The notes: generated from the sequence alone by a model not told the origin. A stretch of DNA of 30,868 bases from an uncultured Candidatus Saccharibacteria bacterium (GCA_964372305.1 CAYJQK010000003.1:1-30868); one strand, 5' to 3'. Counted from the first letter of the stretch, positions 9,236 to 16,962 are shown. Translations and numbers: made by a program.

Positions 9236-10137
9236 CGGGCAACCAGAGCGCCGCTCTCGAAATACTCGCGGATCCCAGCGCGGATTCTCACCTCCGGGAT
9301 GAAACCGAGCTTCTCGCGCGCCAAGGCCATGTCGCACTCCGTATGACTTTGGTATGCTTTTGGAGCGGGGTTTACGACATATTGTGGCGCGCGCTTCGTC
9401 CCGATAGTTTCACTGAGAATCTCGACGAGGGCATTGAATGTCGTTGCCGCGCCGGACCCGCAGTTGACGATGCTGCTCTCGCGCGCGTCGGCGGCGAGGA
9501 GGTTCGCGCGGACGACGTCGCCGACATGGATATAGTCCCGCTGTTGTTCACCGTATTGGAAGAGACGGGGATTTCCCATTCGCATCTGTTGCGCCAGTTG
9601 GAAGATCATGCTGGCGCGCTTCCCTTTGTGGGCCTCCCCGGGACCATAGACGTTGGAATACCGCAGGCCGACCACCGTCACGTCCGGGCGTGCGCGCGCG
9701 AAGTCGAGAGAGAATGCGTCCAAGGACGCTTTCGATTCCGCATAGGGGTTCAGCGGTTGAAGCGGCTGATTCTCGCGATAGGGCGCGGGACCATTCCCGT
9801 ACACCGCCGTGGACGACGCATAAACGATACGCTGGCAGCCAGTTTCGGTAACACGGCGAAAGAGCTCCGCCGCGGAGTCCACGTTCGCGCGAAACATTTC
9901 CCGACGATCGAGGTTCAGCGTGTTGTTGATCGCCGCCTGGTGATAGAGAACGTCAACGTGCCCAATCGCGTCCCAGTCTATCCCCAGAAAGCTCGACTGG
10001 AAGAATTTCCCCGAAAACCCCTGGGGCAGCTGTTCCGCGTCATGGCCCGTGATGATCACCTCGTTCCCTTGCCGCAGGAGCTCGCGGACAAGGTTTGATC
10101 CGATAAACCCTGTTCCGCCGGTGACAAGCACGCGCAT
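9232..10137 (-). CDS. hldD: ADP-L-glycero-D-manno-heptose 6-epimerase-like extended SDR
   Basis: VTGGTGFIGSNLV, YHQAAINNT, YASSTAVYG, PYAESK, and the HldD-type RYSNVYGPGEAHKGKRASMIFQL..FQYGEQQRDYI. Confidence 0.78.
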   Translation of the reverse strand: MRVLVTGGTGFIGSNLVRELLRQGNEVIITGHDAEQLPQGFSGKFFQSSFLGIDWDAIGHVDVLYHQAAINNTLNLDRREMFRANVDSAAELFRRVTETGCQRIVYASSTAVYGNGPAPYRENQPLQPLNPYAESKASLDAFSLDFARARPDVTVVGLRYSNVYGPGEAHKGKRASMIFQLAQQMRMGNPRLFQYGEQQRDYIHVGDVVRANLLAADARESSIVNCGSGAATTFNALVEILSETIGTKRAPQYVVNPAPKAYQSHTECDMALAREKLGFIPEVRIRAGIREYFESGALVAR

Positions 10138-10150
10138 ACCGAGAGATGCG

Positions 10151-10591
10151 CTACCGTCGGGCGTATGTGCCGACGAGAACCGTTGAAGCGAGGATATGTC
10201 CCGCCAGGGCACGCTCAAGGTCCGTCTTCACGCTCGATGGCGGAAGGTCCAGTGTCGTATCCAGCGCGTACAGGGTGAACTGATACCGGTGAGTTCCCGA
10301 GGGTGGGCAAGGTCCCCCATACCCAGTTTTCCCAAAATCCGTTGTCCCTTGCGTCACTCCTGCCAGCGCCGCTCCTTCGGGTATTTCACGGGTTGTTGGT
10401 GTAAGGCCCCAGACGGTCCAATGGACCCAGTCGCCGCGCGGCGCATCCGGGTCATTCACCATGAGCGCGAGGCTCTTCGCGGCCTCCGGGACATCTTCCA
10501 GAGACAATGGCGGGCTCACGTTCTCCGCATCACACGTGTACGTTACGGGAATCGCCCCCTCGTGTGGAAACGCGGAACTTGTCAGTTTCAT
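10151..10591 (-). CDS. YbhB/YbcL (PEBP/RKIP-like) protein
   Basis: MKLTSSAF, YTCDAENVSPPL, DPDAP..WVHW, GYGGPCPPSGTHRYQFTLYALD. Confidence 0.95.
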   Translation of the reverse strand: MKLTSSAFPHEGAIPVTYTCDAENVSPPLSLEDVPEAAKSLALMVNDPDAPRGDWVHWTVWGLTPTTREIPEGAALAGVTQGTTDFGKTGYGGPCPPSGTHRYQFTLYALDTTLDLPPSSVKTDLERALAGHILASTVLVGTYARR

Positions 10592-10592
10592 C

Positions 10593-10706
10593 TCACGCTG
10601 GAGTGTGCGCTGTGGCGTTTCCTTCGGCAAGCGGGAGGAAACGCCATCTGCCACCAAGGATCAAGAGCAGTGCAGCGATCGCCAGGATAAGAAGACGCTG
10701 CCGCAT
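10593..10706 (-). CDS. 37-aa signal/anchor-like ORF missed by the ORF track (possibly the frameshifted N-terminus of YbhB)
   Basis: MRQRLLILAIAALLLILGGRWRFLPLAEGNATAHTPA*. It fills the gap between the DUF296 stop (10711) and the YbhB ATG (10591). Confidence 0.55.
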   Translation of the reverse strand: MRQRLLILAIAALLLILGGRWRFLPLAEGNATAHTPA

Positions 10707-10710
10707 CACG

Positions 10711-11136
10711 CTAGGAATCACCGTGAAGAAGATTCAAGCCGACCTCCGTGGAGTGTGCGCGGCAGAGGGTGGTGAAAGCGCGCAGGGTCACTTCGCACGT
10801 CGCTCCGGTCACCAGCGCTTTTACGTGGCCCCCACGCGCGTATGCCGCGCTATCTGTAAACACGCCATGCGCGTGGATGATGACGCTTTCATTCAGCAGG
10901 GCCACGTTGCCAACGAGTGTGGCGATCTCCAGTTTCTCCCGCAAGCGCGTGTCCGTGTACTCTTTCCGGTCAACGTCGTACCACGACATTGTCGCGTCCT
11001 CAATGGCGCCGATGGCCGTGAATGTCCCGCCGTGGATCCCGCGTGCCGCACAGAATTCTCCGAGCGCCCCGAGGACTTCCTCCCCGCGTTCAGCACGGAG
11101 CACGTACCAGGGATGTGCGTCGAGAATACCCTCCAT
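10711..11136 (-). CDS. PPC/DUF296 domain protein
   Basis: VLRAERGEEVLGAL, FTAIGAI, EIATLVGNV, IHAHGVF, GGHV. Confidence 0.9.
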   Translation of the reverse strand: MEGILDAHPWYVLRAERGEEVLGALGEFCAARGIHGGTFTAIGAIEDATMSWYDVDRKEYTDTRLREKLEIATLVGNVALLNESVIIHAHGVFTDSAAYARGGHVKALVTGATCEVTLRAFTTLCRAHSTEVGLNLLHGDS

Positions 11137-11137
11137 G

Positions 11138-11686
11138 CTAGATATGCTGCCGGCAGTACTCCTCGACAAGCGCGCGGGCGTGGACCACGCGGGGGTCCGT
11201 CGCCTCGCGGAGTGCCTCAAGTGTTCCAAGGGTGAATTTTAGACCGAGCGCGCGCTGTTGTGGCGTCCCCTGCTCTTCATCAATGCGGTTGTCCAGCGAG
11301 TCCGCGAGTTTCACGAGCTGTACAGAGGCTGGCGCCCCGGCGATCGCCTCGAGGTACCGCCTTTCCCGCTCCTCCTCGGGGAGGCGTTTGTCGTCAGAAA
11401 GCAGCGCGACGTGCTCGGCGACCAGTTTCCCAAAGTCGCACTCGAGGTCTTCAAAATCCGTTTTTGTGTCTTCGATCGTATCATGGAGCGCCGCAAGCGT
11501 CAGCGTGTGGGGGTCATCCACCTCGAACAGGTGCCGGAGAATGAGCGTCACGCGCGACGGGTGCGCGGCGTACGGCGTCACGCCGTCACGGCGGAATTGA
11601 CGCTGATGCTTTTTTGCAGCGAACGTGAGCGCGGAGAGCGCCGGCAGAAGTTCGTCAATACGCTCGATCATGCGCGTTCCGCTCAT
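11138..11686 (-). CDS. HD-domain hydrolase, small alarmone hydrolase/Mesh1-like (RSH HD family)
   Basis: FAAKKHQRQFRRDGVTPYAAHP, AALHDTIEDT, VKLADSLDN. Alternative start at 11671. Confidence 0.88.
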   Translation of the reverse strand: MSGTRMIERIDELLPALSALTFAAKKHQRQFRRDGVTPYAAHPSRVTLILRHLFEVDDPHTLTLAALHDTIEDTKTDFEDLECDFGKLVAEHVALLSDDKRLPEEERERRYLEAIAGAPASVQLVKLADSLDNRIDEEQGTPQQRALGLKFTLGTLEALREATDPRVVHARALVEEYCRQHI

Positions 11687-11741
11687 GGAACAAGTGTGGC
11701 ATGTCCGGACGCGGCATGTCCAACGCGCGAGCCATGCGCCC

Positions 11742-13037
11742 TCAAATGGTTATCCGCATAAGCGGGAGTGGGAGACGTCTCCGACGTGTTTCCCCTTTGA
11801 GAAGAGAGGTTTTCCGTTGCGGGGCTTCGTCACGAGCGGTCCGGTGTGGAGCGCGGTGGACGGGAAGACTTGCTCCCTGGTGGACGATGTGCTTCCCGTA
11901 CTTCTCCCGCAGGGCATCAACGGCTTGGTACAGCGTCGCGATCTTCTCGATACGCAGAGGATGATCGAAGAGGGTTGGCTGGACAGAGAGCGCGGGAATA
12001 AGTTCGGCGAGGACCACGCCGGCCTGACGGTAGAGGGTTGTCGGCTGGTAGACACGGCGAAAGAGCTCACGCACGATGGGCACGAGGTCGAGGGGAAAGG
12101 CCGTCGGCCGGCTCAGGCGCCCTTCCGCGCCGGCGCTTTTGAAGTCCTGGCGGCGGAGGAACACGACGAGGCGCCGCGGGGCGAGACGGTACCGGCGCGC
12201 CTTGATGCACGCGTTTTCCACGTTCTTCGTCAGCTGCGCGAAAACATACTCTCGGTCGGACGTCGGCGGTGTGAAGGTCTTTACCTTACTGATGGACTGG
12301 GTTGGTGTTTTCACTCCGGGCACAATCGGCAGGATGGAACGTCCGTTCAGTTCCTGCCAGACCGTAAGGCCCGGCTTCGTCAGGATGGTCTTCAGAAACA
12401 GTTCGGACCGTCCTGCAAACGCAAGCGCGGTCGTCATCCCATATTTCCGCAGCAGCGCGGCGGTGTTCGGCCCGATGTTCCAGACGTTCTCGACGGGGAG
12501 ATCGCGGAGAAACGTCGTGATCTCCCGCCCGCTGACCGCGGTGAATCCTGCCGGCTTCCGGTGCTTGGACGCAATCTTCGCGAGGGTTTTCGTGATGCTC
12601 AAACCAACAGAGACGGTAATCCCAAGATCGCGGTGGATATCCTCCTGAATTCGACGGGCAATTGCCGCGTACGGAGCGCGGTGGAGCCGGCGGAGGCCCG
12701 TGAGGTCCGCGAACGCTTCGTCAATGGAATACTCCTCGACGTCCGGCGTGTACCGCCGCAAGATCGTGAACATTCGCTGTGAGAAGAGGCTGTACGTTTC
12801 GTAGTCGGAGGGAAGCACGACGAGGTCTGGGCAGAGCTTCCGGGCCTCCCAGAGCGCCACACCGCGACTCACCCCGTACGCCTTCGCTTCATCGCTTGCA
12901 GCGGCGACGATGTTCCGCTCCTTTCCCGTGACCACGGGCTTCCCGCGGAGCGCGGGGTTGACCGCTTGCTCGCAGGACGCGAAGAAGGCGTCTCCATCAA
13001 CGTGAAGAACCGCCAGCGGCCAAGAACGAAGGAGCAT
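11742..13037 (-). CDS. Y-family DNA polymerase (DinB/UmuC-like) with clamp motif and RecA-NT-like tail
   Basis: HVDGDAFFASCE, YSIDEAF, SITKTLAKIAS, VWNIGP, clamp-like QPTLF, then YQAVDALREKYGKHIV. TAATG overlap with the upstream gene. Confidence 0.93.
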   Translation of the reverse strand: MLLRSWPLAVLHVDGDAFFASCEQAVNPALRGKPVVTGKERNIVAAASDEAKAYGVSRGVALWEARKLCPDLVVLPSDYETYSLFSQRMFTILRRYTPDVEEYSIDEAFADLTGLRRLHRAPYAAIARRIQEDIHRDLGITVSVGLSITKTLAKIASKHRKPAGFTAVSGREITTFLRDLPVENVWNIGPNTAALLRKYGMTTALAFAGRSELFLKTILTKPGLTVWQELNGRSILPIVPGVKTPTQSISKVKTFTPPTSDREYVFAQLTKNVENACIKARRYRLAPRRLVVFLRRQDFKSAGAEGRLSRPTAFPLDLVPIVRELFRRVYQPTTLYRQAGVVLAELIPALSVQPTLFDHPLRIEKIATLYQAVDALREKYGKHIVHQGASLPVHRAPHRTARDEAPQRKTSLLKGETRRRRLPLPLMRITI

Positions 13038-13432
13038 TAGTGGTACTGCCGGATGACCGTTGTGACGACGCCAATGACGCGGCATGTGTCCGCTGGATGC
13101 GTGGCTGACGCGTCCTCCTCTTGTATCGCGAGAACTGGTTGTCCCCCGCGGAGGAAGTATCGCCGCATCATCCAGGACCCCTCAGTCTCGGCGATCACGA
13201 TGTCCCCGGAGCAAGGGCGTCTTCCCCGCTCCACAATCACCGTATCGCCAGGGAGAATCCCCGCCGCTATCATCGTGCCGCTTTTCACGCGGACGAGGAC
13301 GCTCGCTTCCTTACGTGGAAGCAGCCATTCATCCAAGGAGAGGAGATCCTGGAGTTCCTCATCGGCCGGGCTCGGCCATCCGGCATGAACGATCCCAGGG
13401 GAGTGAGCGTGCGGAGAAGACCAGGCCATCAC
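13037..13432 (-). CDS. umuD-like: UmuD/LexA-like S24 fold protein without a DNA-binding domain
   Basis: HAGWPSPA, LSLDEWL, AGILPGDTVIVER, GDIVIAE, VIGVVTTVIR. The catalytic positions are altered (see findings). Confidence 0.85.
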   Translation of the reverse strand: MMAWSSPHAHSPGIVHAGWPSPADEELQDLLSLDEWLLPRKEASVLVRVKSGTMIAAGILPGDTVIVERGRRPCSGDIVIAETEGSWMMRRYFLRGGQPVLAIQEEDASATHPADTCRVIGVVTTVIRQYH

Positions 13433-13468
13433 AGTTCGTATTCTGTTTGGTATTCAAAATCTCGTCAA
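13431..13468 (-). promoter_or_regulatory. Promoter of the umuD-like/polY genes with an overlapping palindromic operator candidate
   Basis: TTGACG (13468-13463), N17, CAGAAT (13445-13440). Palindrome ACAG-N8-CTGT at 13431-13446. Confidence 0.55.
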
Positions 13469-13477
13469 GTCCTGCGA

Positions 13478-13504
13478 CAACAAAACGCCTCCGACGAGGG
13501 AGGC
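13478..13504 (-). terminator. Probable intrinsic terminator after the subtilase gene
   Basis: Stem GCCTCC/GGAGGC with a 6-nt loop, followed by GTTTTGTT on the minus strand. Confidence 0.55.
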
Positions 13505-13529
13505 AACGTGGTCGCCTTCGCCGTCGGTA

Positions 13530-14792
13530 TTAGAATGTCTTCGCAGAGAGAAGGGGCTCCGGACTTCCGTCGGGATCACCGGTGAACCCGCCGAAGCCAT
13601 CACCTGCCGCCGTGTTGCACACTTCCGTCTGTGCAACGCTGGCCGAAATGAGCGCCGCACGAATCGCCGCAACGTCCGCGCCGTTGACTATCCCGTCGCC
13701 GGTCACGTCACGCCCATTCTTCGCAATGAAGAGCGCCGCCGCTCCTGCAACATGCGGACTGGCCATGGATGTTCCGCTAAGCGTGCCAAAGCCTTTCTTG
13801 TACGTCGAGAGAATATTGACGCCGGGCGCGGAAATTTCCACCAGTGGACCGAAGTTACTGAAGCTCGCTAACGTATCGTCGGCGCCGTAGGACGTCGCGG
13901 GTCCGCTGCCGCCGCACTTGCCGTCGGAATCCGCCAGCGCGGAGACCGTAACAACATCCGGGTGATTTGCCGGGCTGAAGGTCGCGGCATCTTTCGCGCT
14001 ATTCCCCGCAGCGACAACGTAGGTCACACCGCTCGCGACGGAATTTGCGATAGCGCTATTGAGTCCTGGACTGGTGAACTCTCCGCCAAGGCTCATGTTC
14101 GCCACGTCAATCGTCCCCGCGTTCCGCGTGACGTAATCCACGCCACAGATGACCCACGAAAGGTAGCCGTACCCCGCGTTACTCAAAACTTTCACTGCCT
14201 GGAGCCGTGCTCCCGGCGCAACGCCGACGACCCCGTTGCCATCATCCTTCGCCGCCGCCGTTCCGGCGACATGGGTGCCGTGGCCATTTCCGTCATCCCA
14301 CGCATTCGTGTTCCGACCCGTACAGTTGTACCCACCAACAACATTCAAATCCCCGTGTTTTTTCATGCCCGTATCAATGATCGCGATATCCGCGTCTACT
14401 CGGTCGTCAACGCCGTCAATCTTCGCTGTTCCTGACAAGTCGGCGTCAACACGATTCACCCCCGTTGGCGTGACCTGCGCGAACGCTTCCACGTAGCGAT
14501 CCGGCTCGACCGCTTCAACGCCGGGATCCTTCTGTAAAGCCGCAAGCTTCCCTGGCTCCCCCACTCCCGAAAAGCCACGGAGCGCCTTCTTAAACTGGTG
14601 TTCCACCTTGAGTCCATGTCGCTCCGCAATGGCGCCCGCCTCTACGCCAGGTGCAAGCCTGACGATGTACCGACCAGGGATAACATCCCCCGAGCGCGGC
14701 GCAGCACCCGCAGGAAGAAGGGCCATCACTCCCACGACGCTTCCCGCCGTGAGAAACACCAGCACGCGACGCACGACACTCAGAGTATTCAC
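13530..14792 (-). CDS. Secreted subtilisin-family (S8) serine peptidase with I9 propeptide
   Basis: Signal-like N-terminus, propeptide (GRYIV..EPDRYV), catalytic IIDTG / GHGTHVAG / GTSMASPHVAGAAA, oxyanion AAGN. Alternative GTG start at 14807. Confidence 0.95.
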   Translation of the reverse strand: MNTLSVVRRVLVFLTAGSVVGVMALLPAGAAPRSGDVIPGRYIVRLAPGVEAGAIAERHGLKVEHQFKKALRGFSGVGEPGKLAALQKDPGVEAVEPDRYVEAFAQVTPTGVNRVDADLSGTAKIDGVDDRVDADIAIIDTGMKKHGDLNVVGGYNCTGRNTNAWDDGNGHGTHVAGTAAAKDDGNGVVGVAPGARLQAVKVLSNAGYGYLSWVICGVDYVTRNAGTIDVANMSLGGEFTSPGLNSAIANSVASGVTYVVAAGNSAKDAATFSPANHPDVVTVSALADSDGKCGGSGPATSYGADDTLASFSNFGPLVEISAPGVNILSTYKKGFGTLSGTSMASPHVAGAAALFIAKNGRDVTGDGIVNGADVAAIRAALISASVAQTEVCNTAAGDGFGGFTGDPDGSPEPLLSAKTF

Positions 14793-14798
14793 TCGTCT

Positions 14799-14826
14799 AT
14801 CATACACTCCCTCACAACCCTGTCAA
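14799..14826 (-). promoter_or_regulatory. sigma70-type promoter of the subtilase gene, abutting the IS
   Basis: TTGACA (14826-14821), N16, TATGAT (14804-14799), 6 nt, then GTG 14792. Confidence 0.65.
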
Positions 14827-14831
14827 GGAAT

Positions 14832-16246
14832 AGTCTTATCCAACACAGAAGTAGCCTGAACGGACTCCCCATTTCCACCACAGCAGTGGCCTGAAACTGG
14901 GGACAACGTGCTCTCTGAGCATGCGTGCGCTCCACATGGGATATATGACCATCACCATGCAGCCCACACGCACGCAGAGTATAGAGGAACTCTAAGAACT
15001 TCTCACGACTACGGACGGACTCGCGTTTTCCGCGGTGTCCCGGGAGGATGCGTACCGTTGGGCCGAAGAGACCCTCCGGACGTATGACTACCTCCATCGC
15101 GCCAAACCCGAGAAAGGGATCCTCCGGCAGTATGTCCAGAAGATGACGGGATTCTCCCGGGCGTGGGTGACGAACCTCACCTACCGGTTCCGCACAACAA
15201 CGCATGTGCGCTCCCTGCTGCAGCGCCGCCATCGGTTCCCCCGCAGATACAGCGTGGACGATGTCGCCCTCCTTGCCGATACGGACCTTGCCCATGGCGT
15301 CCTCTCCGGTCCCGCAACCAAACAGATTCTCGTTCGGGAGTACACCGTGTTCCACCGTCAGGAGTTCACCCGCCTCTCCCGGATTTCTCCGAGCCACATT
15401 GCGAACCTCCGCAAGACGCATCTGTACCGGGACAAGACAAAGCTGTTTCAGAAAACCCATCCCACCCAGGTCCGGATTGGCGAACGACGGAAACCGGAAC
15501 CTCTGGGGATGCCGGGCTTCCTGCGCGTGGACAGCGTGCACCAGGGAGACCATGCGGACGGCACGAAGGGGGTGTATCACATCAACCTCGTGGACGAGGT
15601 GACGCAGTGGGAGATCGTCGTCTGTGTCGAGGGGATCAGTGAGCGGTTCCTCCTGCCTGCCTTGGAAGCCGCCCTGGAGCAGTTCCCCTTCGGCATCCGC
15701 AACGTCCATGCCGATAATGGAAGCGAATACATCAACCACCAGGTGGCGGAGATGCTCGACCGGTTGATGGTGAAGCTCACGAAGAGCCGACCGCGGCACA
15801 GCAATGACAACGGCCTTGTGGAGACGAAGAACGGCGCCATCATCCGGAAGCACCTCGGGTACGGGCACATCCCGCAGCCGCACGCAGCGCGGATCAACAG
15901 CTGGTACCGGACCTGGTTCAACGTCTATCTGAACTATCACCGGCCCTGCGCGTTTGGAAAGGAGGTGATCGTCAACGCGCAGACCGGGAAACGGAAACGG
16001 GTCTATCCGACCAACGAGTATCAGACCCCCTATGCGAAGTTCCAATCACTCACAAACGCGGAACGGTTCCTGAATCCCGGGGTCACGGTTGCCGACCTCG
16101 ACCGGATTGCGTACGCTTGCAGTGACACCGAGTTTGCGAAGCAGACACAGACGGCGAAACAGGAGCTCTTTTCAGGAGTCCATCAGCCTTAATTTCGTCC
16201 CAGCGGACTACACGCGTTCAGGCTACTTTCTGGATTAGAAAAGACT
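14832..16246 (+). mobile_element. Complete 1415-bp IS with rve/DDE transposase (IS481/IS1202/ISNCY-related)
   Basis: Imperfect IRs at 14832-14862 (AGTCTTATCC..GTAGCCTGAACG) and 16215-16246 (CGTTCAGGCTAC..GAAAAGACT). 5-bp direct repeats GGAAT at 14827-14831 and 16247-16251. Confidence 0.9.
14945..16192 (+). pseudogene. rve-type transposase with an in-frame TAA at codon 17
   Basis: ATG 14945 is in frame with the ORF-track ORF 15035-16192, with TAA at 14993-14995. DDE motifs LRVDSVHQG, VHADNGSEY, NDNGLVETKNG. Confidence 0.85.
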
Positions 16247-16280
16247 GGAATGCCCCGTTCAAGACTTCCACTCTTCCTCC

Positions 16281-16649
16281 TTACTTCTTCCGATCTCGTT
16301 TCCGCTTTGACGACGCCGGACGAAGCTGCAAACGAATATTCTTCCAATGGCTCTTGAGTTCCCCCATGACCTTTCGTATCTCTGCGGGATCAATACTCTT
16401 GAGCTGCTTATACCGATTCCCGACGTTATCAATCACTCTATTGTATGCGGCTTGGTTGAACTCTTTGAGGTTTTTCAACTGTTCGATAACCTCCTTTTTT
16501 ACCTTCACCGCCCAACCCCTCACTTTCTTCCGTCGTTGCGCCCCGTTTTTGCCGTACAAGAAATACATACTGGCCGCTGCCGCAATGACCGTGGCGAGAC
16601 CAATGGCGCCGACAATATGTCGCTTATTTTTTACGGGAACCTTTATCAT
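16281..16649 (-). CDS. Basic membrane-anchored helical protein (YtxH-like)
   Basis: Single helix (GAIGLATVIAAAASMYFLYG) followed by G..RRKKVRGW and an amphipathic Lys-rich region. AT-rich. Upstream TGTGG-TATAAT at 16722-16712. Confidence 0.7.
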   Translation of the reverse strand: MIKVPVKNKRHIVGAIGLATVIAAAASMYFLYGKNGAQRRKKVRGWAVKVKKEVIEQLKNLKEFNQAAYNRVIDNVGNRYKQLKSIDPAEIRKVMGELKSHWKNIRLQLRPASSKRKRDRKK

Positions 16650-16671
16650 GGGGGGAGAGTGAACAATAAAT

Positions 16672-16962
16672 TTATTTTTTTCTCTTCACCATCTTGAGGA
16701 TTGTGGAAAGGATTATACCACAAGCGTGGATCTCGTGCACGAGACGCGCGCCCGCTTCTTTCATTCCTGTCCGGAAGGCGCCGACATCGTCAACAATGCG
16801 ATCACTCTGGATCCTTATGCGCCGTGCAATATGCTGCAGATCCCAGAGAATTCGGAGGAGGAGAACCCCACCCCAGATCGCGAGAACCAACACGATGGTC
16901 GCGCCAACAGAAGCGAGGAATGTCAGAACAATCAAGAAGTCCACAGGCTCAACACCATTCAC
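16672..16962 (-). CDS. Small membrane protein with coiled tail (DUF948/YtxG-like)
   Basis: Long hydrophobic N-terminus, then a heptad-like segment (LQHIARRIRIQSDRIVDDV). The start is preceded by TGTGG-TATACT-N6. Confidence 0.6.
   Translation of the reverse strand: MNGVEPVDFLIVLTFLASVGATIVLVLAIWGGVLLLRILWDLQHIARRIRIQSDRIVDDVGAFRTGMKEAGARLVHEIHACGIILSTILKMVKRKK

Noticed and set aside
14993-14995. In-frame stop as a sign of codon reassignment (e.g. code 25)
   Set aside because: It is one isolated TAA in a transposase. TGA, TAA and TAG all terminate conserved genes at the expected positions.
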